A stretch of 64,000 nt of DNA from an uncultured Bacteroidota bacterium. GTDB taxonomy: Bacteria; Bacteroidota; Bacteroidia; JABEUT01. The stretch covers positions 80,548 through 144,547 of the forward strand of contig CAVYDB010000020.1 in assembly GCA_963767125.1 (NCBI GenBank). Reading direction: 5' to 3'. Of this stretch, positions 1 through 9,058 are shown piece by piece (position 1 is the first letter of the stretch; each line of letters starts with the position of its first letter). The position numbers were made by a program, and so were the translations under genes. The notes under the pieces are model-generated. The model did no database searches, was not told the origin of the DNA, and worked only from the letters and a program-made list of their open reading frames with translations.

Positions 1-552
1 ATCTACCGTAACCGTTGGAAAATATTCCGACATTTTTGTGTTTACGGCAGCACCAAGGTTCAATGGAATGAATGGTACAGGGTGTTTTTTAGCTTCAACG
101 GCAAATTTGCAGTCGGCTAACAACTGCCCGGCAGTCCATTGCATTTGGTTATCGCCTTTCCCGGTTTGAAGAAATTTTTCAAGGTGTATTCGGGCGTCGT
201 CATATCTTTCCATTCCCAGTTCTAATTTTCCCGCATCAAAATACATGTTTGGGAAAAAGCCCGGATTAATTCTGATTACAGTAGTATATTGTTTTATGGC
301 TTCATTTTCGTTGCCCATATCATCATAAATGTAGCCCAGCATCCCTTGAGCTTCTACAAAATTGCTATCCTCCCGAACGGCTTTTTTCAGCAGGTCAATG
401 GCTTTTTCATATTGATTGGCGCTGTAATAATTGGCAGCCTCTTCATAAAGTTTAGCAGCCTTTTTGTTTTGTGTGGTCTTGGGTTCAATCTGCCCATAGA
501 GGAAGCCAAACGAGCTAATAAGAAAAAATAAAAAGACAATTCTTTTCTTCAT
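1..552 (-). CDS. TPR-repeat secreted protein, N-terminal part (3' end lies beyond the window start)
   Basis: Absent from the ORF track because it runs off the edge. Reverse-strand ATG at 550-552 opens an uninterrupted 184-codon frame to nt 1: MKKRIVFLFFLISSFGFLYGQ (signal peptide), then TPR-like helices AAKLYEEAANYYSANQYEKAIDLLKKAV...EAQGMLGYIYDDMGNENEAIKQY. The + ORF 289..531 is its antisense shadow. Confidence 0.7.
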   Translation of the reverse strand, partial: MKKRIVFLFFLISSFGFLYGQIEPKTTQNKKAAKLYEEAANYYSANQYEKAIDLLKKAVREDSNFVEAQGMLGYIYDDMGNENEAIKQYTTVIRINPGFFPNMYFDAGKLELGMERYDDARIHLEKFLQTGKGDNQMQWTAGQLLADCKFAVEAKKHPVPFIPLNLGAAVNTKMSEYFPTVTVD

Positions 553-708
553 TTAAGGGGTATATGTACGGAACAGCAAAGGTCTAAAAGATTCTTTACA
601 TAGCAGGTACTAATATTTTCTATTCTGTACACAAGTTTGACTTACCTGCATTTTATCTGCGAAGAATTGTAAAAAGGGAATAAGTTGACCGCTCAGTATA
701 TTTATTTA

Positions 709-716
709 TACATTTG
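709..716 (+). promoter_or_regulatory. Bacteroidota -7 box TACATTTG (TAnnTTTG)
   Basis: Exact match to the TAnnTTTG consensus, 19 nt upstream of the ATG at 735. Confidence 0.35.
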
Positions 717-734
717 TCCTACTAAAATAATAGC

Positions 735-1265
735 ATGGAAACAACCCCATTTGAACCCATTCCTGAAACAACCCCTACCATTGAACCTTCTGTTCCAAGC
801 CCGGTACGCGGTACATTTCTTACGGTAATATGTATCCTTACATTCATAGGAAGTGGCTGGGGATTGCTGGGGGCTATCAGTGGCTATATGTCAGCAGATT
901 CTACCGGGGCGATTACCAGTGGAGTAATACAAAATGCGCAAGACCAGATGAGCCAACAAGATACACCCGCTTTTTTTAAAGACCTCTTCAATTCGGTGGC
1001 AGATGATTTAACTCCGGGTAAAATACGTAAGTCATCCTTAATCAATATAATATCGAACCTGTTCACCCTTTTCGGAGGTGTTATGATGTGGAAATTGAAA
1101 AAGCAAGGTTTTTATCTATACGTAACAGGAATAGTTATTTTAATAGCCTGCCCACTTATGGTAATGGGTAAATTTCTCGGTATTTTAAGCGCTATTGGCA
1201 GTGGCTTTTTCGGGGTTGTGTTTATTATTATGTATGCTGTGAATTTAAAGGAAATGAATAGTTAA
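735..1265 (+). CDS. Hypothetical multi-pass membrane protein
   Basis: 176-aa ORF. Pro/Thr-rich N-terminus followed by about 4 hydrophobic helices (FLTVICILTFIGSGWGLLGAI, LFTLFGGVMMW, YLYVTGIVILIACPLMVMG, GSGFFGVVFIIMYAV). Preceded by a -7 box. Confidence 0.6.
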   Translation: METTPFEPIPETTPTIEPSVPSPVRGTFLTVICILTFIGSGWGLLGAISGYMSADSTGAITSGVIQNAQDQMSQQDTPAFFKDLFNSVADDLTPGKIRKSSLINIISNLFTLFGGVMMWKLKKQGFYLYVTGIVILIACPLMVMGKFLGILSAIGSGFFGVVFIIMYAVNLKEMNS

Positions 1266-1420
1266 ATTGTCATCCGTTACTGAATTATATTAGTAGCCGG
1301 ATAACTTCACTACAAGTATCATTTTTAATTCAGGTAGATAATTAAGTATTAGTTAACATTGACTATCTGCTTGAGCTTAATGCTAACCTTTTAGTATTTT
1401 CGGCGCAAAATAAACGCCCA

Positions 1421-1873
1421 ATGATTTTTGATAAGATTGAAAATTCCGCCCTTTATGAAAATATAAGCCCCTTGATTAAAAGGGCTTTTGAATATCTAAA
1501 ACAAACAGATTTTTCCCAACTTGAAAATGGAAAACACGTTATTGAAGGTGATTCCCTTTTTGCTATTATGCAGGAGTATGATACTAAAAATGATGGGGAT
1601 GCCAAATTAGAAGCCCACCAAAAATATATTGATGTGCAGTACATTATTTCAGGTGAGGAATGTATTGGCATAAGACCATTGATTAATCAACACCCTTGCA
1701 AAGAATATGATGCAGAAAATGATTATGCCCTTTATGATGATACTTGCTAATTTGTAAGAATAAAGGAGAGGCAGTTTGCTGTTTTATTTCCCCAGGATTT
1801 GCATAAACCAGGCATCATGATGGATAGGATTGCTAAGGTAAAAAAGGTGGTGATGAAGGTTAAAGTTTGGTAG
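1421..1873 (+). pseudogene. YhcH/YjgK/YiaL-family protein interrupted by an in-frame TAA
   Basis: N-part EAHQKYIDVQYIISGEECIG matches the family. TAA at 1748-1750 is in frame, and the same frame continues FVRIKERQFAVLFPQDLHKPGIMMDRIAKVKKVVMKVKVW to TAG 1871-1873, which is the expected family C-terminus (F..FP.D.H.P). Total about 150 codons, the normal family length. Confidence 0.7.
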
Positions 1874-1886
1874 TGGGTAGCACCTC

Positions 1887-2126
1887 ATGAAGAAACTGTT
1901 TATTATTTCTTTTTCCTTGTTCTTTATTTCGTTTGGAAATGCTAAGCCCGGCAAGAATCATAAAAGCCTTCACCCGTCTGATAAATCGCGGGAAAGATAT
2001 GCCAGAAAAATTGAGAAAAAGAAGAAGAAGGAACAGGCTGCATTCTTAAAAAAACAACATAGGAGTGAGTTAAAAAAAGGGAAACACAAAAGCAAGCCCG
2101 GTAATAGTTACGAAACTATAAAGTAA
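1887..2126 (+). CDS. Small secreted Lys-rich protein (hypothetical)
   Basis: 79-aa ORF with signal-like MKKLFIISFSLFFISFGNA and a highly basic tail (KKKKKEQAAFLKKQHRSELKKGKHKSK). No recognisable family. Confidence 0.4.
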   Translation: MKKLFIISFSLFFISFGNAKPGKNHKSLHPSDKSRERYARKIEKKKKKEQAAFLKKQHRSELKKGKHKSKPGNSYETIK

Positions 2127-2374
2127 CCCGGCGAGAAACTAAAACTTATTATTCCATAGGGTTTAGTATAATAAAACAATAGAATAACCATCAAAAAGAA
2201 ATATGAATTTCTTGTTCAAAAGACAAAAGAGTATTAAGGTTTTTTTGCATTCGAAACGAAGCCTGATTGACCGAAATGGCTTATATTTGTAGTGTAACTA
2301 AAAAATTGTAAGGCTTAGAAATGACAAGTGAATAAATAGCTTTATTTTAACCTCCAATCTGAGCCCTTAAGCAA

Positions 2375-2644
2375 ATGGTATTACTTATAGAAAATATTTT
2401 GCAATACGTATTAATATTTATAATGTTTGCGCCTCTGCCATTATTGCTCTTATCATCGCCAGTTCAGTATTTTAGAGATAAAAGAAAGCGGAAAAAATAC
2501 TATGACACTATTAAAGAACACTATGATGACCCCAAAAGTGTAAGTAAAGAACAGTTGCGGGACATCTTCCCCGACTTGCCTTCCGAGGAGCTAACCCAGA
2601 TTATTGACCATCTTAGAGAAGAAGATTATCCGGAGGAAAATTAA
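2375..2644 (+). CDS. Small membrane-anchored acidic protein (hypothetical)
   Basis: 89-aa ORF. One N-terminal hydrophobic helix, then a charged tail. No family recognised. Confidence 0.4.
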   Translation: MVLLIENILQYVLIFIMFAPLPLLLLSSPVQYFRDKRKRKKYYDTIKEHYDDPKSVSKEQLRDIFPDLPSEELTQIIDHLREEDYPEEN

Positions 2645-2698
2645 ATGGGACAGTTTGTTAAAATTCAAGTGTAAATATAATATCTGAAAAAACTACTT

Positions 2699-3370
2699 AT
2701 GGATGAAAAAAGACAAAAACTAATTGAAGCACAGGAAAAGGCGGTTACCCTTTTCAGCGAATCTGAAATGCGTGGTTTTATTCATGCTGGACAAACAGAG
2801 AAAGAACTGAATGAAAAAGTTTATTCTTTAGCTGAGGAACTGTTTAATATTAAAAAGTATTGGCACAAACGTATTGTAAGGGCAGGGAAAAACACCCTGG
2901 AACCGTACGCTGAAAATCCGGAGAACTTAACTATTCAGGCAAACGATATCCTCTTTTTTGATTTCGGCCCGGTATTCGAAGAGTGGGAGGCTGACCTAGG
3001 CAGGACGTATGTGATAGGCGATGACCATGCGAAAATTAAACTTGCCGGAGATATAGAATTGGCATGGCATAAAGGAAAGGATTTTTTTTGGGATAACCCT
3101 GATATGACAGGTGCTGAGTTTTATGACTGGAGTGTGAAACTGGCGAAAAGCTATGGGTGGGAATATGGGGGACCTTTAGCAGGACATATTATTGGTAACT
3201 TCCCCCACAAGGAGATACTTGGTAGTGAAGTGGAAAACTATATACACCCAGATAATCATCAAGCACTTTCAGCACCCGATAAATTAGGAGGTAAGCGCTA
3301 CTGGATTTATGAAATCCATTTTGTAAACCGTAAAAATGAGATAGGAGGTTTTTTTGAACAGTTGCTGTAA
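2699..3370 (+). CDS. M24-family metallopeptidase-like protein (short, pita-bread fold)
   Basis: 223 aa. DILFFDFGPVFEEWEADLGRTY resembles the paired Asp metal-ligand segment of M24 peptidases. Later AGHIIGNFPH and WIYEIH supply His/Glu ligands. Confidence 0.6.
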   Translation: MDEKRQKLIEAQEKAVTLFSESEMRGFIHAGQTEKELNEKVYSLAEELFNIKKYWHKRIVRAGKNTLEPYAENPENLTIQANDILFFDFGPVFEEWEADLGRTYVIGDDHAKIKLAGDIELAWHKGKDFFWDNPDMTGAEFYDWSVKLAKSYGWEYGGPLAGHIIGNFPHKEILGSEVENYIHPDNHQALSAPDKLGGKRYWIYEIHFVNRKNEIGGFFEQLL

Positions 3371-3505
3371 GTATCACTATCCTTTAGACAACTGCCGAAG
3401 TAAAAAATGAAACTGACATGAAATTCAGGAAGAAAAAACAAAATATAGATAGTCTCATTCCCAGGATATTTCCTCTGTTCACGCTCCAATTACAAACTGT
3501 TTCTG

Positions 3506-3592
3506 CGGAGAGAGGGGGATTCGAACCCTCGGTACCCTTTCAGGTACAACGGTTTTCGAGACCGCCGCATTAGACCGCTCTGCCATCTCTCC
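3506..3592 (-). tRNA. tRNA-Ser (anticodon CGA)
   Basis: Reverse complement reads GGAGAGATGGCAGAGCGGTCTAATGCGGCGGTCTCGAAAACCGTTGTACCTGAAAGGGTACCGAGGGTTCGAATCCCCCTCTCTCCG. It has a 7-bp acceptor stem, anticodon loop CTCGAAA, a long variable arm and a GGTTCGAATCC T-loop. No encoded CCA. Confidence 0.9.
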
Positions 3593-3698
3593 GGTTCTTA
3601 CCCTTTCCCACTCGAGCGAGAGGGTATGGGTGAGGGCTAAACGGTGCAAAAGTAAGTATATGATTGGAAAATGCTATTTTTAAATATAAGGAAACAGA

Positions 3699-4103
3699 TT
3701 ATTTTGGGCCGGATTTCTTCGCTTTCGCTTTGTTTTTAGCTTCATTCTCCTTCTTACGGGTTTTCACCAGTTTATTAATAAGGGATTCAGGGATAGGTTT
3801 ATCTGGGGTGAAACGTATGGTGCCGGGAGCAGTTTTATAGCTGCTCAATTCTTTTTTATATTTCTTTATCAGGGCTGAATTATAGGGGTAAAATGAGCAA
3901 TGTGTTTTCCATGCGCAAAAGCCGACAAGTGCCCCATAATACCGGAATGTGGGCATCCGGTAGCTTATTACCTCTTCGGCTTCGGGTACTATTTTTTTAA
4001 TTTGCTGACGAAGCTTCTCAAGAGCAGCCTTTTGTTCCTTAGAAAGCTTTGAGAGATACGTGTCAATATCTTCTGATGGTATGTTATTGGGATTTTTCGT
4101 CAT
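3699..4103 (-). CDS. DUF1801 (YdhG-like) domain protein
   Basis: 134 aa. IDTYLSKLSKEQKAALEKLRQQIKKIVPEAEEVISYRMPTFRYYGALVGFCAWKTHCSFY is the typical YdhG/DUF1801 pattern. Basic C-terminal tail. Confidence 0.75.
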   Translation of the reverse strand: MTKNPNNIPSEDIDTYLSKLSKEQKAALEKLRQQIKKIVPEAEEVISYRMPTFRYYGALVGFCAWKTHCSFYPYNSALIKKYKKELSSYKTAPGTIRFTPDKPIPESLINKLVKTRKKENEAKNKAKAKKSGPK

Positions 4104-4197
4104 GATTCTTTGCGAATACTTGATTTCGCAAAATTAATGGAATATGACAGTTCCCTTATTATCTATCTCTACATTTAATATGTAGTGAAGAAATGCC

Positions 4198-4205
4198 TAA
4201 ATTTG
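4198..4205 (+). promoter_or_regulatory. -7 box TAAATTTG
   Basis: TAnnTTTG match 22 nt upstream of the ATG at 4227 (TA operon). Confidence 0.35.
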
Positions 4206-4226
4206 CACACTACAAACCCATGAAAT

Positions 4227-4433
4227 ATGAAAGTTCTTCTTGATATTAAAGATAGTAAGGCTGAATTTGTTATGGAGCTTCTTAAAAATCTTTCATTTGT
4301 AAAAGCAAAAGAATTAACCCCGTCAAAAGCAAAATTTCTTGAAGAACTGAAAGAGTCTATAAAGGAAGTTAATTTAGCAAAACAGGGTAAATTAAAATTG
4401 CAATCAGCAAAAGAGTTTTTGGATGAACTATAA
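4227..4433 (+). CDS. Putative type II antitoxin (small helical protein)
   Basis: 68-aa ORF overlapping the downstream RelE/ParE-like gene by 11 nt, which is classic TA coupling. No DNA-binding family recognised. Confidence 0.55.
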   Translation: MKVLLDIKDSKAEFVMELLKNLSFVKAKELTPSKAKFLEELKESIKEVNLAKQGKLKLQSAKEFLDEL

Positions 4434-4737
4434 TATTATAGTTACCTCATATTTTAAGAAACAGGCAAAGAGATTACGAAAAAAGTACCGTTCACTTAAA
4501 TATGATATTGCCAGATTAATAAGTTCGTTGGAAGAAAACCCAGCCATAGGGGTTTCAATAGGTCAAAAATGTTATAAAATTCGTCTGGCTATAACTTCAA
4601 AGGGTAAAGGTAAATCAGGCGGAGCAAGAGCCATAAGCCATGTGGATGTTATTTATACCCAAATCTATCTTTTATCTATTTACGACAAATCTAAACAAGA
4701 AAGCATAAGCTATTTGGAGATTAGTAACCTCTTATAG
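4423..4737 (+). CDS. RelE/ParE-superfamily toxin
   Basis: 104 aa. KIRLAITSKGKGKSGGARAISHV....IYLLSIYDKSKQESIS is the characteristic GKSGGaR..-LL.iYdKs.qe motif of Bacteroidota RelE/HigB-like toxins. Confidence 0.7.
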   Translation: MNYNIIVTSYFKKQAKRLRKKYRSLKYDIARLISSLEENPAIGVSIGQKCYKIRLAITSKGKGKSGGARAISHVDVIYTQIYLLSIYDKSKQESISYLEISNLL

Positions 4738-4768
4738 TCAAATTCAATAGTGTGCAAGGGCTTCACCG

Positions 4769-6568
4769 ATGGAAATTAAAGAAAATCTTAAAGTAACCCT
4801 TAGTTCTCTGCCCGATTCCCCCGGTGTTTACCAGTATTATGACAAAGAAGGGGAGATATTGTATGTAGGTAAAGCTAAAAATCTGAAAAAACGTGTCAGT
4901 TCCTATTTCCAGAAGAACCATGATACAGGCAAGTTATTTATGCTGGTGAGAAGGATAGAAAAAATTAACTACATAGTCGTAAAAACGGAGTGGGATGCGC
5001 TGTTACTGGAAAACAGCCTCATTAAAAAGCACCAGCCCCGTTATAATGTAATGCTAAAGGACGATAAGACCTATCCCTGGATTTGCATAAAGCGTGAACC
5101 ATATCCCCGGATTTTTCCTACCCGCAAACTCATAAAAGATGGTTCGGAATATTTTGGACCTTATGCATCTGTAAGAATTATGCAGGCAATGCTTGAATTA
5201 GTGCGCCGGCTTTATCCGTTACGAACCTGCAACCTGAATCTGACGGAAGAAAATATACAAAAGAAGAAATTTAAAAAGTGTCTTGAATTTCATTTGGGTA
5301 ATTGTAAAGCGCCCTGCGAAGCAAGGCAAACTAAGGAGGACTATGATGGTTCTATTGCACACATCCGGCAAATTGTGAAAGGGAATATTCAAGGTTCTAT
5401 CCGGTTTTTGAAAGATGAGATTGAAAGGCACGCTGCCAACCTCGAATTTGAAAAAGCCCAGGAACTGAAAGAACGAATGGAGATGCTTGAAAAATATCAA
5501 AGCAAATCCATGGTCGTTAGCCCTACGGTTGATAATGTGGATGTGTTTAGCATAATTACCGATGAAAAAAGCGGGTATGTAAATTACCTGAAAATAATGA
5601 GCGGGGCTATTGTTCAATCGCATACTATAGAGTTGAATAAAAAATTGGAAGAAACGGCAGAAGAGCTTTTATTAATAGGGATTGCAGAATTAAGGTTGAG
5701 GTTTGAAAGTCGTTCTCCGGAAATTATTATTCCATTTGATACCGATGCGGAAATTCCCGATGCCACTTTTTTTGTTCCACAGAAAGGTGATAAGAAAAGG
5801 CTTTTAGAGTTGTCGGAAAATAACCTGCGTTATTATATAAAGGAAAAAGAAATGCAGGAAAGCCTGAAATCGCCCAAAACCCGCACAGAAACTTTATTAG
5901 AGCAAATGAAAAAAGATTTGCGCATGAAAGAACTCCCGGTGCATATTGAATGTTTTGATAACTCTAACATACAAGGGGCATTCCCGGTGGCGGCTATGAC
6001 AGTTTTTAAAGATGGCAAGCCCAGCAAAAGGGATTATCGCCATTTCAATATCCGTTCAGTTGTGGGACCTGATGACTTCGCTTCTATGGAGGAAGTAATA
6101 TATCGGAGGTATAAGCGGCTGATAGAGGAGAATCAATTGTTACCCCAGCTAATAGTTATAGATGGAGGCAAAGGACAACTTAGCTCCGCTATGCAGAGTT
6201 TGGAAAAATTGGGATTAGCAGATAAAGTCGCCGTAATTGGTATTGCCAAACGGCTGGAGGAAATATATTTTCCGGGAGACCCCATACCTTTATACCTTGA
6301 TAAACGTTCACAAACATTAAAGATAATACAGCAGATAAGGGACGAAGCACACCGCTTCGGTATAACTCATCACCGGAAAAGGCGGGGCAAAGAAGCCATT
6401 AAATCCGCTCTTACTGAAATTAAAGGAATAGGCGAGAAGACCACCCAAAAACTGTTAAGCCATTTTGGTTCATTGGAGCGAATCCATAAAGCTGAGCCTG
6501 AAGAAATCAGTAAAGTAGTTGGGAATAAAAACGCTCTTCTTATTAAAGAGTATTTGAAACAGTTATGA
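4769..6568 (+). CDS. uvrC: Excinuclease ABC subunit C
   Basis: 599 aa. GIY-YIG start (PGVYQYYDKEGEILYVGKAKNLKKRVSSY), UVR domain (LEFEKAQELKERMEML), endonuclease-V-like domain and a C-terminal HhH (LTEIKGIGEKTTQKLLSHFGS). Confidence 0.95.
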   Translation: MEIKENLKVTLSSLPDSPGVYQYYDKEGEILYVGKAKNLKKRVSSYFQKNHDTGKLFMLVRRIEKINYIVVKTEWDALLLENSLIKKHQPRYNVMLKDDKTYPWICIKREPYPRIFPTRKLIKDGSEYFGPYASVRIMQAMLELVRRLYPLRTCNLNLTEENIQKKKFKKCLEFHLGNCKAPCEARQTKEDYDGSIAHIRQIVKGNIQGSIRFLKDEIERHAANLEFEKAQELKERMEMLEKYQSKSMVVSPTVDNVDVFSIITDEKSGYVNYLKIMSGAIVQSHTIELNKKLEETAEELLLIGIAELRLRFESRSPEIIIPFDTDAEIPDATFFVPQKGDKKRLLELSENNLRYYIKEKEMQESLKSPKTRTETLLEQMKKDLRMKELPVHIECFDNSNIQGAFPVAAMTVFKDGKPSKRDYRHFNIRSVVGPDDFASMEEVIYRRYKRLIEENQLLPQLIVIDGGKGQLSSAMQSLEKLGLADKVAVIGIAKRLEEIYFPGDPIPLYLDKRSQTLKIIQQIRDEAHRFGITHHRKRRGKEAIKSALTEIKGIGEKTTQKLLSHFGSLERIHKAEPEEISKVVGNKNALLIKEYLKQL

Positions 6569-6637
6569 GTTATAAGTTAAATGCTTTAGTCTCAAAGTAT
6601 AATTCGTACAATAACTTATAACCCAAAACTTATAACT
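6567..6637. terminator. Hairpin built from GAGTTATAAGTTA / TAACTTATAAC repeat arms between convergent genes
   Basis: GAGTTATAAGTTA (6567-6579) is complementary to TAACTTATAAC (6613-6623) and AACTTATAACT (6627-6637). It lies between the uvrC stop (6568) and the stop of the minus gene (6636). Confidence 0.4.
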
Positions 6638-6938
6638 ATTTTTTTACTCCTTCCATCTTTTTCATATCTACCCCGCACATGCTGCATTTCCCAGCCTTGG
6701 TAGCAGTCATATAACAATCGGGGCAGTAGTAATCTCCTACTTTCACAAGGCTAACTTTATCTTTTGGGCAATCGCCTGCTTTTGTATAAGAGTTTCCACA
6801 AACAGGGCAGCGATAGCTATCAACCACTTTTGTAGTGACAGTGGTTTTAGATGTGGTAGTCTGGGTGTTTCCGGCTTGCTGGGCAAATGCTCCTAAACTA
6901 AAGATACTGAATACTATAAGTGCAAAAAGGGTTTTCAT
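6636..6938 (-). CDS. Small secreted Cys-rich protein with two zinc-ribbon-like CxxC...C motifs
   Basis: 100 aa. Signal peptide MKTLFALIVFSIFSLGAFA, then YRCPVCGNSYTKAGDCPKDKV and YYCPDCYMTATKAGKCSMCGVDM. These resemble the heavy-metal-binding motif (Y.CPMh....G.CP.CGM.L) at the N-termini of Cu/Ag efflux adaptor proteins. Confidence 0.6.
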   Translation of the reverse strand: MKTLFALIVFSIFSLGAFAQQAGNTQTTTSKTTVTTKVVDSYRCPVCGNSYTKAGDCPKDKVSLVKVGDYYCPDCYMTATKAGKCSMCGVDMKKMEGVKK

Positions 6939-7285
6939 AATAAAAATTTAGGATGCAAAGTTATACAATTAGAAGGTAACCCTGATTATTGTAATGAACT
7001 CACATTGTAGTTTTATAGTATTTAATCGAGCAATGAAAAAAACGGCTAAAAACGGCTATTCCTCGCTTATTTAAGTGGTTGACTTCCAGATGATACCATT
7101 AATGCTGTGTCTCTATTGGGTTTCAGGGGCTTGTAATGGATATGGAATGTAAATGTGTAGTAAGTAATTTGTTTTTTGTGGAATACTCCCCTGACTCAAA
7201 TGCCGGATTCTGAATTATTAAACAAGGGTATCTTCGTTTAAAATTCAGAATCCAACATTTACACACACAGGTCGGATATGTATAT

Positions 7286-8344
7286 TCAATGTGGCTTTTC
7301 TCCGCCTTCATGCGGAGCCTCTGCCGGGTGTGGCGCAGGCATGGATGCAGGTTGTGCAACGGGCGGATGAGAATGATGAACCGTATGTACCTGATGGTTT
7401 TGAACAGGATGTTGTGGGGCAGTTTGTGGGGCAGGCTGTTCCCTTTTCTGTGTAGCAACGGGAGCCTTTTCTTTCGGGGCGCTATGTGAAGGCTGTGCTA
7501 CTCTGCGAGTATTAGTCGTCCCGCTGTGAATAGCCGTATTCCTATGGCTATTGGTTGCTTTAGCCGGGCTTGCTGCATTTTGAGCAGGTTTTCCCTGGTG
7601 CTGAATAGTCTTTATATCAGCCACTTTAGCAGGTGCCGGGTGTGGCTGTGCAGAAGTGGTTTTGGCAACAGACGGTCTGTAAGTGCTGAAACTTTTACCA
7701 CTAAATGATTGCCCTGGACGGGAACTCCTTTGTATGGTAACAGGAGTTACTGAGTGCCCTATAGATTTTTCCACCGCAGCCCTCGATGGCCCATGACTGC
7801 TGCTAATGGCAGTAGCAGTTCTGATAAATGTTGTGTTCTGGCTTCTTGGGGCATAGTAACGTGACACCTGAGGGTCTGCAATATGTCTTTCCCCAACAAA
7901 CACCCATCTATTAGCAGGGATATTACGATATCCGGGTGACATGTGGTAACCCAACGGCGCCCAGCCATAATACCCGTTACAATAACTCCAGCTAACCCAT
8001 GCCGGCCCCCATGTTTCTCCGGGTATCCAAAACCAGCCATAGGTAGGGTCGTTTTCCCAGCAACCATAATGAAAGGGAGCCCACCCCCAATCGTAGTCAG
8101 ATACCCATACCCACCCTTCGTCATCGCTATATACCCAGTACCCCCCGGTGGAATAGGGAATGAAGCCATAGGTCGATGGTATCCAAACAAACCCATAAGG
8201 AGCATAATTAACCCAATGTCCATAGGGACTCAATCCATCATAAAATACCTGGAAACTAACTTCCTGTGCCGGCGCCTGTTTAGGGGAAAATTCTAACATG
8301 CCAAATAGGGATGCTATTATGATGGACTTAATTAGTGTTTTCAT
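7286..8344 (-). CDS. Secreted W/Y/G-repeat protein with a His/Pro/Ala/Gln-rich tail
   Basis: 352 aa. Signal peptide, then an aromatic repeat region (YGHWVNYAPYGFVWIPS..GGYWVYSDDEGWVWVSDYDWGWAPFHYGCW..YGWFWIPGETWGPAWVSW). The C-terminal 150 aa is low complexity (HPAPAK, HTVHHSHPP). Confidence 0.7.
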   Translation of the reverse strand: MKTLIKSIIIASLFGMLEFSPKQAPAQEVSFQVFYDGLSPYGHWVNYAPYGFVWIPSTYGFIPYSTGGYWVYSDDEGWVWVSDYDWGWAPFHYGCWENDPTYGWFWIPGETWGPAWVSWSYCNGYYGWAPLGYHMSPGYRNIPANRWVFVGERHIADPQVSRYYAPRSQNTTFIRTATAISSSHGPSRAAVEKSIGHSVTPVTIQRSSRPGQSFSGKSFSTYRPSVAKTTSAQPHPAPAKVADIKTIQHQGKPAQNAASPAKATNSHRNTAIHSGTTNTRRVAQPSHSAPKEKAPVATQKREQPAPQTAPQHPVQNHQVHTVHHSHPPVAQPASMPAPHPAEAPHEGGEKPH

Positions 8345-8401
8345 GGTTATAGATTTTTATAATACTAATTTCCTGCCTCAATTAATCTCTGTTTTATATT
8401 T

Positions 8402-9058
8402 CTAAAATCTGAAACCTAAAGCAAGCTGCCCCCAAAAGTTCCGGTATTGTGGCAAGGTAGATGTCCCATTACCATTGTTATCTTGTAAATCCCAGGCTAC
8501 CCTGCCACCAAGGGTAAGATGAGAAAAATTAATATCTAACCCGAATATCAGCCCAAAAACATTGTGGCGTATATTATCATTGTTAAACTCTTGCTGGGTG
8601 GTTTCACTGGTTACACCTTGTGTGAAGGTATAGTCCCTGGATAATAGGTAAGAATATTCAGGTCCGCCTAATAAATAAAGGTTCGGGAATAACTTTAACT
8701 GTAGCATTAATGGGATATCCAGGTAATTCATCCTGTCATCGAATGAATAAGCCTGCCCGTCAAGAGTAGTTCCTTGCCCCGAAAAGCCTTTAGCAGAGTA
8801 AAGTACCTCCGGCTGGATACCTAAATAGGTACCGAGAGGTATGGATAAGAATCCCCCGAATACAGGACCAAACACCGGGTTATCAACAAAATTCTGTCCT
8901 TTCATATCATATAGGGCGGAATTATTAGCCCCTACTTTAAGCCCGAACTGTAATATATCGCGGCTGTCGGTATATGCAGCATTATCAGTTTGCGCCTTAG
9001 CAACAAAAGTTGTTGTGAATATCAGCGCAAGGATGGTTAAGGTCTTTTGTGTTTTCAT
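8402..9058 (-). CDS. Porin-family outer-membrane beta-barrel protein
   Basis: 218 aa. Signal peptide, alternating-hydrophobic strands, terminal aromatic ...LALGFRF. Resembles Bacteroidota OMP_b-brl_2-type proteins. Confidence 0.75.
   Translation of the reverse strand: MKTQKTLTILALIFTTTFVAKAQTDNAAYTDSRDILQFGLKVGANNSALYDMKGQNFVDNPVFGPVFGGFLSIPLGTYLGIQPEVLYSAKGFSGQGTTLDGQAYSFDDRMNYLDIPLMLQLKLFPNLYLLGGPEYSYLLSRDYTFTQGVTSETTQQEFNNDNIRHNVFGLIFGLDINFSHLTLGGRVAWDLQDNNGNGTSTLPQYRNFWGQLALGFRF

Noticed and set aside
289-531. 80-aa + strand ORF from the track
   Set aside because: It lies antisense to a much better reverse-strand gene (signal peptide plus TPR repeats, open from 552 to the window edge). 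Its own translation is low-complexity hydrophobic.
3506-4737. tRNA-Ser-associated genomic island carrying the RelE/ParE TA pair
   Set aside because: There is no integrase or recombinase gene. By eye I did not find a duplicated tRNA 3' segment that would mark an att site. The TA pair lies on the 5' side of the tRNA, not the usual 3' integration side.
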